A stretch of 64,000 nucleotides of DNA, from positions 1-64,000 of IMG/VR virus record IMGVR_UViG_3300017917_000321; one strand, given 5' to 3'. Under the pieces are notes generated by a model, which was not told the DNA's origin, made no database searches, and saw only the letters and a list, made by a program, of their open reading frames with translations. Of this stretch, positions 1-12,000 are shown piece after piece. Made by a program: the position numbers and the translations under genes. The DNA comes from a virus. Within the stretch, counting starts at the first letter, position 1. Each line of letters opens with the position of its first letter.

Positions 1-2
1 CT

Positions 3-3000
3 CCAGACGGATTAACAGCAAATCCTAGTTTAAAATTATACAGGGGACAAACTTATAGATTTGAAATTGATTGCCCTGGCCAACCTATGGCTATCGCTAT
101 CAGTAGAACATTTACTCCTGGTAATGCTGTAGTTGTTGCTGGTCGTGAAGGTATACGCGGCGAAGGGCTTTTTGATGCTAAGTTATACGGCAATGATTAT
201 GATCTAGGTGATTATATTGTTTTGCCAGACAGCGGATCTGTAACATTTAATGCTGATGAAAATGTTTCTACACTATACCCTGATGGCATTCGTCGCTTAG
301 GAGAAGCCGGCGAAGAAATAGCCAACGTCTATATCGAAAAGGGTATAATTGAATTTACTATTCCGTTAAATGCTCCTGATCGCTTGTACTACATTTCTAA
401 AAATGATATCGATGTTAGTGGACTAATTAGAATCTATGACATTGAAGAAAATACATTCTTAAATGTTGAAGAAGAAATTTTAGGTAAGAAAACATATAAG
501 AGCGCGAATGGTGTTGAATTTACTAACGGACTTAAAGTAGAATTTTTAGGCACAGTGTTGCCTGAAATTTATAATCAAGGCTATTGGTATGTAGAAGGTG
601 TAGGTGATAAGATTAGATTGATTGAAGAAAAAGATCTAATTATTCCTGCGGCTTATACAGCAGACCTTAATGTTCCTTTTGATACAGAAGGTTTTGATAC
701 TCTGCCATTTAGTGATTCTGCATCTTACGCAAAGGAAAAGGACTATATTGTTATCAATCGTGCCAGTAAGGATAGAAATCCTTGGAGTAGATATAACAAA
801 TGGATTCACAAAGATGTATTGATTAAGACTGCTGAATATAATAAGATAGCATTTGATATCGATGAAAATTTGCGAGCAAAGCGTCCAATTATTGAATTTG
901 AAGCAGGCCTAAAACTGTATAACTATGGCGTGTTTGCTAAGAAGGACGTTGATATTGTTGACTATTATACCACTGATGTATTTTCAACAATTGAAGGTAG
1001 CCTGGGATATAATATTGACGGCATTGATGTAGCAGACGGCATGCGTATCTTATTTGTAGCAGATACTGACAAGCTAGTAAGAGGAAAAATTTATCAAGTA
1101 AAGTTTGTAACTATTGGTAGTACAAGACAGATCAGCTTGATAGAAACTGCTGACTCTGAGCCTCAGAATTTAGAAACTGTATTTGTTATTAATGGTAATA
1201 AGTTTGGCGGAAAAACATTCCACTTCCATGAAACGTCATGGGTGTTAGCACAAGAAAAAACAAAAAGAAATCAAGCACCATTGTTTGATATGTTTGATCC
1301 TGTTGGAATAAATTACGCAAACAATACTAATTACGGAGCATCAACATTTAAAGGAACAAAAATATTTTCTTACAAAGAAGGTACTGGAACCGTTGACGCC
1401 GAATTAGGTTTCCCACTAACTTACAAAAATATTCAAAACAGCGGAGATATTGAATTCAGTTTTAATCTGTTGTCTGATACATTTACCTATCAAACAGAAA
1501 CTGACATCGTATCTGTTTCAACTTCAACCGGAAACTTAAAAAAGTATTTTGATAGAACAAATTTTGTTTATGTAAATGGCTGGTCGAAGAATCCAACAAT
1601 ATCTAAACAAAAGGTCATTAGACAATATGTTTCAACAGTAGTAGATAATAACAATTTTCAAATTGATGTCTATAATAGAGCTGCATTTTTAACAGATCTA
1701 AAGGTTAATGTATTTGTCAATAATCAATTTAAAAAACCAGAAGTTGACTACACTTTAGATAGAATTAACGAAAAAGTTTTCGTAAGATTCTTTACTGACC
1801 TAGCAGAAAACTCAAATGTTATAATAAAGACACATTCTTCGCAGGCGAAGAATGAAAACGGCTGGTATGATTTTCCTATTAATTTAGAAAGAAATCCTCT
1901 TAACGAAGATATTTCGTCATTTACTTTTGGTGAAGTATTAGATCATGTTGATAGCATGATTGAAGATATTTACGGGTTTGACGGAGCATTTCCAGGAACA
2001 AGTAATTTGAGAGATCTAGGTGATCTTGATATTTACGGAAAACGTTTTGTAAAACACAGCGGTCCTGTTAACTTACCGTTATATCATGTAACTAACAGAA
2101 CTTACAATATAGTAAAAGCATTAGAATTTAGCAGAAGAGAATATGCGAGATTTAAAAGAATCTTTATAGAAACTGCTACAAACTTTGGTTATGATGGTGT
2201 ATATAAGACCCACGTTGATTTAATTTTAAATGAAATAAACAAAGATAAGATAAAATCACAACCGTTCTATTTCTCTGACATGATTAACTGGGGGAATGAA
2301 TCTAATATAATAGAATACGAAATTCTAGATGCAAGAAATCCATATTATGCACTTAGCCAGACCTTTAATTTAAATTCTCTATCTCAGAGATCTGTAAATG
2401 TCTATCTAAACGATAATCAGTTAGTGCATGGGAAAGATTATACATTCAATGATGAAGGATTTCTTGTTTTAAACAGTTACCAACAGGACGGAGATATCTT
2501 AAGAATTTATGAGTCTGATTCGACTGACGGTTCTTTCATACCTCCTACACCAACAAAGTTAGGTCTGTATCCTTCATATGTTCCTCAACTAATCATAGAC
2601 GATACATTTGTAGCAACAGAACCCACTGTTAACGGTCCTTGGAAGGTTTATGGAGAAGAAGAGTCTTCCGGACGAATTGGTTGGTTTTATCCTGTGTATA
2701 CCAGCAGACGATCTGCACAACAAGCTGATTCTGCAAATACTGCAAAGCAATTAGTCTTAGCCGGTTGTAACAGAGTGTTTTATATTCCAGCTAATACTGG
2801 AATAGAATACGGTCCTGACAATGTAGAACTAGAAGAGTATCCAGTTGGCGTTGCGCTAATAAGAGGACACGATGGAAGTTTTGTAAAGGCATTTAAAGAC
2901 TATAGAGACAATCTGCTGTTGGATCTAGAAAAGAGAATCTTTAACAATATTAAGATATCCTATGATAATACGCTTCTTGATTTTTATGATTTTGTTCCTG

Positions 3001-6000
3001 GAAAATATAGAAAAACAGAATTTACTAGAAATGAGTTGAATGAATCTTTAAGAAGCAGCTTTGTAGAATGGTTGAATCTTGTTGAAACTGATTTTACTTC
3101 TAATAATTTCTACGACAGAGAAAATCAATTTACCTTTAACTATAGCAGTATGAACAGTATTGTTGATGGTGCTCTATTACCTGGACATTGGAGAGCTGTA
3201 TACAAGGAAATGTTTGATACAGATCGCCCACACAGCCATCCTTGGGAAATTCTCGGATTTTCTAAGAAGCCGTCCTGGTGGAATGAAGTATATGGCCCAG
3301 CACCTTATACAGGTAACAACGGTGTAATGTGGGATGATATAGAAAAAGGTATCATAAGAGAACCTGGAAAACAGATTAAAGTAATAGAAAAATTTGCTCG
3401 TCCAGGTTTATCAGGTTATATACCTGTTGACGGCAAAGGACGTTTATTGTCTCCTATTGCCTGTAATATTGCTAAAAACTTTGCTTACAGAACAACTACT
3501 CAAAGTTTTAATTTTGGTGATGAAGCACCAACTGAAACAGCTTGGAGAAGAAGTTCTGAGTATCCATTTGCTTTACTCAAAGCATGGTTAGTAAACCAAC
3601 CTTCTAAAGTAATGGGTCTTGGTTTTGATGTTTCTAGAATTACTAAAAACCTAGTTGGACAATACGTCTATGAGGATACTAATAAGCATTTAGTTCTTGC
3701 AGACCTACAGCTACCAAATACCTATGCAGATACTACTAGAGTACAAACAGCTGGCTTAGTAAACTTTATCTACAATCTCGTAGCAAGTAACATATTAACA
3801 ATATACGACGGATATAAGTCCGATCTAGCTAATATTAGAAATCAGCTAGGATTAAAACTTGCTGGTTTTACTGACAAGAAAAAACTAAAAATTATACTAG
3901 ACAGTAGATCCCCAAAGGCCAGTGAAACTGAAGGCATCTTTGTCCCAGAAGAAAATTATCAAGTTTTCTTGAACACAAGCTCTCCTGTTGAATCAATAGT
4001 TTATAGTGGAGTTATTGTTGAAAAGGCTCCTACCGGATTTATTATTAGAGGTTACAATAACGAAGTACCTTATTTTAAATATTTCCAAGCCCAATCTACA
4101 CAAAACGATATAACGGTCACTGTAGGCGGAATAACCGAAAGTTCAAGTGAGTGGTCTCCGAACAGACGATACTATGCTGGACAACTACTTACTAATAATT
4201 TTAAATATTATCGAGTAGTAAACAATTATACCTCAGGAGCTTCGTTTACTTCAGATAATTTAGCACTACTAAGTGATGTTCCTATAACAGGCGGCAAGAG
4301 AGCTCAGTTTAAGAGAAACTTCTTAAAAACTAGTTATAAAATTCTAACCTACGGTACTAAACTAGCTACATCTCAAGATGTTGTAGATTTTCTTTTAGGT
4401 TATGATGCTTATCTAAAGTATCAAGGATTTAGTTTTGATTATTTTAATAGAGAAACTACGTTTGTTGAAAACTGGGATAACGCAGCAAGAGAATTTTTAT
4501 TCTGGACCACACAAGGTTGGGCATCCGGTACAACGATCGCACTAAGCCCAGGTTCGTCATCTCTTAGCTTAAAAACATCTTATGCAGTTGCAGATGATAT
4601 TTTAGATGCGTTCTACAGCTACGGTGTAACAAAACAAAACGGTGATGCACTTGATAGAAAATATATCAGCATCTACAGAAATAAAAATGATTTTGAAATT
4701 AGACCTAAGAATACCACAGACGGTATCTACGGTGTTTCAATACCTGTAGTACAAAAAGAACATGTTGTAATAGTTGACAACACAACGGTATTTAATGACA
4801 TAATTTATCAACCAGCTACTGGATATAGACAGGAAAGATTAAAAGTTTCTGGTTATAGATCTGATAATTGGACTGGGGGATTAGATATTCCTGGGTTTGT
4901 ATTTGATGATGCTAAAGTTACAGAATGGGAACCATGGCAGGATTATAACGTTGGAGATTTAGTAAAATACAAACAGTTCTACTATGTCGCCATATATCAA
5001 GTTGTTGGATCAGAAGAGTTCAACAGCACCTTCTGGTATAGACTAAACGAAAAACCAGAACCTAAGCTGTACACAAATTTTGATTACAAAATTAATCAAT
5101 TTGCAGATTTCTATGATTTAGACTCTGACAATTTTGATGCTGAACAACAACGTCTTGCACAGCATTTAATAGGTTATCAAAAGAGAGAATACTTAGCTAA
5201 TATTATTAACGACGACATTAGCCAGTATAAATTCTATCAAGGATTTATTCAGGATAAAGGAACAAAAAATGCGATCACTAAGTTATTTGATCCATTAAGC
5301 AGTTCTGACCGTGATAGTTTTGATTTCTACGAAGAGTGGGCAATACAGGTTGGCCGTTACGGAGCAGTTGATAATGTTCAACAGGTTGAATATATTCTTA
5401 ATGAAAAAGATTTTCAAGAATCTCCTCAGCCAGTACAGTTAGTAAATCGTTTACCAACTGAAAAGTTTGACAATATCTATAGAATTAGACCGTTCGAAGT
5501 TTACGATAAGCCTGAAGATTATAATCATGCACCATTCCCAACAACTATCATAGATCCTAACTATCTAATGACCAGTGGTTATGTTCATGAGGATGATGTT
5601 GAATATAAAGCCGGCACGATTGACGATTTAGAAATTACTGATATCAACCAATTGCAGTTAGGACAATATATTTGGTTAACAAGAACTGACAATGACAGTT
5701 GGACAGTATACCAGATTTCTGACAGTGTTGCTAATGTTACGACTCTTGAAGAAACTGGAACATTTACAGAAAACAACAAGCCGATTTTCAAGATTACACT
5801 TGACAGATGGGCAGCTCCGATTCTTAATGCTGGCGATTTGATTGGTATTAAAGGCGCATCAGAATACAGTCTAACAGGTATTTACAGAGTTGATTTTCTA
5901 GATGCTGCTACGGTTAATTTTGTAGCGCCTATTGAAAACGAAATAGGAACATTTGATAATCAAAATTTTGTTCTTGTAAAACTAAGAACTGTACGAGTTG

Positions 6001-9000
6001 ATAATCTTGCAGCTCTTAACAATTTAACTCAAGAAAAAATATACAATAATCAACGTGTTTGGGTCGACGACTATAAGAATAGTGCTTGGGGCGTGTTTGA
6101 AAATTCCCCAGTTTACGGAGCTGTACAGCAGGTTATATCTAATCCAGCATTGTTTGATAGTACAGAACATAGATTCAGTCATTCTATGACTGCTACAGAA
6201 AATAATTATAATGTTTTTGTATCCGCTCCCGGTGACGGTGACGGTGCAGTCTATCATTTTAGACGTACCAAAGATACTAACAACTTAATTCAAGAACCGG
6301 AACTAGCTATTCCTTCAGATCTATACGATCCTCTAAATTCTAAATTTGGAGAAAGTATATCTGTAAGCCCTGACGGCGAATTCTTAGCGGTAGGTATTCC
6401 AGATGCTAGTAAAATTAAAACTAGATTCAAAGGAGACTTTGATCCTACTGTAACTTATAACAAGAATGAAATAGTTCGTTATAGAGAGAGCCTATGGAAA
6501 GCTAACAGAGCAATATTACCAACAACTGCAAGTCAACCGTTCTCCACCTTTGACACTTATGTTCAGTTAGTTAATGAATCAGATACAGATTCAACCGCAA
6601 TACGTCTATTAGTTGCAGGCAATCCTGGATTAGAAAACAGTATCTCTGATCACTTTTTGGTTCGCGCACCTCTAGACATGTATCTAGGAACACAGGCAGG
6701 CGACACTGTTAAGTTAGCTTGGAATCCAAGAAGCTTTGCTTATCCTACGCTAGACGTTTATCAACCTTTTGATAATGAAATTCCTGAACTTTCATCATAC
6801 ATTGAAAATGTACATGAAATTCAAGCAAAAATTGATCATGTTTTCTTTATTGAAACCTTTGTTGGCTTACCGGTTTCCGGAGATCGTGTAACAACTGATA
6901 CAGGATCGGGTATAGTTCACTATGTTGATATCAAAGGTGACAGTGCTGTTGTTTATGTAAAAGATACTAATGGTACCTTTGATCTTTCTGGAGAACTGTA
7001 TATAAATGAAACTGACTTCATTGGTTTCTATTCCGAAGAAGATACTTACAATGCAGCAGATAATCTAGGAGGTTTTTGGTTATTTAAAACCTATAAAATC
7101 GGTGAAGACCCAGAAGGCGGTTATACATCCGAACTAGCAGACGTAGACGGATTTACCTACAATAATAATAGTCGTTGGTTTGATATAGGTCGAGGACTAG
7201 TGTATGTAGACGTTGTTACTTCAGCAAACATAGGCAATCCTGGAAGACCTTTTAATTACTATAATATTCAAGAAGTTATAGCTGCTATAGGCACATACAT
7301 TGCTAATAAGGATCAGGCTAGCTTCATTAGCCAGTTGACATATTTTGGAGATCCTGGTAGAACCTATCTTGTAGATACAGAGGGAGAATATCCATCAGAC
7401 CTATGGGTTGTGCGCGGCGCAAAGGCCTACACCGATACTTTAACAATAGGCGATGATGTACAGTTTAGATTGTACAATCTAGATAACAGAATCATTGATG
7501 TTGCATCAGCAGGTTTCACATATGATATCTTAAACAAAGAGCAAACAGTCTATGATCTATGGGACGGTTATATTGATTTTGAATATACAAGATTTGATGC
7601 TAACGGTGATGTATTTGAACCGGTAATAGGGGACATACTTGAGGATGTACAAACTCCGTTTGACGAATTTGGTGGACTTGCACTAACCAGTGAATCGACT
7701 AGTACAGCTGAGGTTGTTTTCTATCAAAGAAAGTTTAACTCTGTGCGTGTTTATCTTAAGAACAAAGTCGGAGACTGGAAGAAACTCAACAACATCGGTA
7801 GAGTAGAACTACGTAGAAAAGCAAACACTGTTGCTAGAGGACCTGGAGATGTTGATAGAACTATAGGTACTATTAATGACTTTAACAATGATGTTGTGTT
7901 AGGTAGCAGTTTAATTGGTAAGTTAGTAGTATTCCAACATACTGCTGATTTTCCTCTAGTAGAAACTCCTTACATCACAGACGAAGAATATTACTTCTTT
8001 AATGAACTTATAGAAGGTGGTGCAGCACGAGATGAAAACCCACCAAATTCTCTAAACAAGGATTACACACAGGTATACAACATACCCGGTGACGAGTTTG
8101 GCCAAGAAGGTGCTGACGGAGCTGGTGCTGTTGCAATCTTTAATAGAACTAGTAACGGAAGCTATAAGTTGCTAGTACTGCTAGATAGCGAATATTCAGC
8201 AGCTAATAGAAAGTTTGGTCAAAAGGTTAAACTTGTTAAAAACAAGGGACTATACACACTGTTTGTATCCAGTGTTGGAGATACTGCTGATGATTTTGGC
8301 TCTATTGAAATTTTCAAGCACGGATATGAGGACGGCGAAACATTCAAGGGCACCTGGAAAATAACTTCTGATTATCTCAAAGATGATATAGTTCTTTACA
8401 AAGACAATTATTACAAAGCAGTTAAGAACGTCTCATCAGCAGATGCAGCACCTATCTTTAATAGTATCTATTGGAATAAGATTAGCTGGCGTCAAGCTAA
8501 GGATGAAAATTATAGAGGACCTCTCAATACAGTTTATCCTTATAATCTAGGATCTATAGTAAGCTATGACGGCGCTCTATATAGAGCAAAGACTAATATA
8601 GCTGCTGGTGCTACACTTACAGCAACAGATTGGGAAGTGGTTTCTAGTAATGTTGATTATCTAGGATACCTACCAAATAGAACAGGTAACGCATTCTTTG
8701 GCGAAGAAGAATATATTCCTTCGAATACATATATTGAACAGTTTGCTATAGACTTTGAGGTAAGCGCAAGCGGTTCTGTACTAGCAGTGTTAACTAAGGA
8801 AGTTGATTCGGACAGTACTTCTAGAGTTAACATGGTCATCTATAGGCTGTCAGGAGAGCAATACGTTCTTGATCAAACATTAGAACTAGGACGTAATACA
8901 ACTAAGTTAGCAATGAGTCCTCAGGGAAATATTATTGCAGTATCTGAACCGGAAAACGACGAGAAAAAGACTGATCAAGGCAAGGTAGTTGTTTACAGAC

Positions 9001-12000
9001 AAGTAGACGGTGCATTCACTTATGCTCAAACACTGCTTCCTCCTCAGAACGAAGCTTCGGAGAAGTTTGGTTCAAGTATAGCATTCAGCGAAGACAACCT
9101 AGTAGTGTCGAGCCTAAACGGCGACATGAAGATACCAACTACTTTTGATGTAGTAAATAATAATGAAACAACATTTGATAAGGGTTATACTACCTTTAGA
9201 AATGTTATACATGACACCGGTGTAGTCTATATATTTGAAGACATTGAAGACAGTTTAGTGTTTTCAGAATCGTTTAGATATGACAATGCTACAATAAAAT
9301 TTGGTGAAAACTTATTAGCTAATAAGAACCACATCTATGTTGGCATGCAGCAGGTCGGTAATGACAATTACAAAGGTACAATACTCAACTATAGAAAAGC
9401 AAGAAATGCATTTGCTTGGAATAGAACAAGAGAACTTGTACCGCCTGTTGATGTTTCTAAGATTAGAGGAGCTTTCCTCTACAACAGAAGAACAAATCAG
9501 ATCGTAACATACCTTGATTATATTGATCCAATACAAGGAAAGATAGCAGGTCCTGCAGAACAAGAGATCACACACAAAGTTCCCTACGATCCTGCAACTT
9601 ATAATGTTGGAGTATTCACTGGTATTGACAAAGACACATTCTGGGCTGACGAGCATGTAGGCGAAGTTTGGTGGAATATTAAAACATCTCGCTTCACTTA
9701 CCCATATCAGGGTGATATCAAATATCAAAAAGCAAACTGGAACGAACTACAACCAAGAGCATCAGTTGATGTTTATGAATGGGTTGAAAGTAGATTTTTA
9801 CCAAGCCAGTGGGATTCTCTAGCTGATACAGAACAGGCCATTAACGAAGGTATTAGCGGAGTTTCTGTATACGGTGATAACTTATACAGCCAAAAGTTTG
9901 TTTATGATCCTGTTTCTAAAACATTCAGTAATAGATTCTATTTCTGGGTCAGCAAGAAATTAACAGTACCTCAAGTCGAGAACAGATCGATAAGTGTATT
10001 TGATATTGCTAGACTAATTGCAACACCTAGAGAACAAGGATATAGATTTATTAGTTTCTTGGGTGCTGATAGATTCTTACTTAACAACTGCGATTCGTTA
10101 ATTTACAATGACGACATTGTTCTAAACATCAAATATGCTACTGCTGATAATTTAGAACAACAGCTACACAGTGCTTATTATATTATGTCTGAAGGACTTG
10201 CTTCTAGTGAAGTTCATCCAGACATTGAAAGAAAGTGGTGGGACAGCTTGATCGGTTCTGACGAACAAGGTCGAGCTGTTCCAGCCGAAAATCTAACTGT
10301 TAAGCAGAAATATGGTGTACAAAATAGACCTAGACAAGGAATGTTTGTAAACTCTATCGAAGCACTAAAACAGTTTATTGAAAGAGTTAATAGTGTTCTA
10401 ATTGAACAGCCTATTCTTGATGGGTATAATATCGATCCTCTGTTACAGAAAGATCTTAAACCAACAGAAATATCTAGAACATTTGATTCTACTATAGACA
10501 CCCTTGAGGAGTTGTCTTTAGTTAGTACTAATAAAGTTGTACAGGCTGTATTAACACCTGTTATACAAAATGGTCGTATAGTGCGTGTTGATATCGATGA
10601 ACCAGGCAGAGGCTATAAAGTTGCTCCAACATACGATCTAATAGGTCCAGGAGAAGATGCTGAGTTTGATATTACCATAAACAACCTTGGTCAAATTACT
10701 GCTGTAACTATTCTTAACAGCGGTAAGGGCTATGATGGAAACACCAGCCTGCTGGTAAGAAGATACAGTGTATTAGTAAACAGCGACAGTTCAATACACG
10801 GTAAATGGGCAATCTATGCTTGGGATGCAGCAACATCTACTTGGATTAGAACAACCATACAGGGCTATGATGTAACAGCATGGTGGTCATACACAGATTG
10901 GTATGCAGAAGGCTATAATAGCTTTACAAAAGCTGATTACGAATTAGCTATCACTAATGATATTTTTAATGTAAATGATCAATTAGGTGATATTATTAAA
11001 ATACAGAACGTAGGATCTGGAGGTTGGCTACTGTTAGAAAAAACAGGCAGTGAAGATTCTGAAGACTATACTGTAAATTATAAAACAGTAGGAAGACAGA
11101 ATGGAACTATTCAATTCAGCAATGCTTTTTATAATACAACAAGAAACAGCATAGGTTTTGATAATAGAAACTATGATAGTGTTACCTATGACAATGTTCC
11201 TGTAAAAGAATTAAGAATAATTTTAGAAACTATAAAAAATAATATTTTTATTGGCGACTTAAAAGCTGAATACAATAAACTATTCTTTGCTTCGTTACGA
11301 TATATTCTTACAGAGCAAAACTATGTAGATTGGTTCTTTAAGACTAGCTTTATAAAAATCAAACATAACATCGGTAAACTAGAGCAAGATTTAACATTTA
11401 ATACAGATACTCTTTCTAGCTATAGACAGTATGTTGACGAAGTAAAACCATATAAGACTGTAATCAGAGAATTTGTAAGTGCATATGAAGCAGTTGACGG
11501 AACTAATTCGTCAGTTACAGATTTTGACCTTGCACCATATTACAGTTATACTGATAAAAAGAATAAAACAGTTAATGCTATCGTTGCATCAAATTCTATT
11601 GTTTCTGACAATGAAAAATTATTAGAATATCCAAGAAAGCACTGGGTTGAAAATAATGGATATAGTGTAAAAGAAATACGTGTCAAAAACGGCGGTTCTG
11701 GATTTATTTTCAAACCAATAGTTAAACTTGTAGGCGGCGGCGGCACAGGTGCCAAGGCAGAGGCCTATCTCGGTTACGGTAAAGTTACTGCTATTAAGGT
11801 AACTGATCCGGGTAAGAATTATATTACTTCTCCTACTGTTGTTATTGAAGGTTCTCAATTAGATTCAGGAACTCCTGCTACAGCATCAGCTATATTAGGT
11901 AATGGTGTAGTTAGAAGTCCATCGATCAAAATTAAATTTGATAGAACAAGCAAGAATTATTTCATAACAGCACTAGCACAAATTGAAAATTTTGTTGGTG

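Noticed and set aside
87-89. ATG 87 as the start of the giant gene
   Set aside because: The frame is open to the window edge with a plausible phage-tail motif (NPSLKLYRGQTYRF) upstream and no RBS
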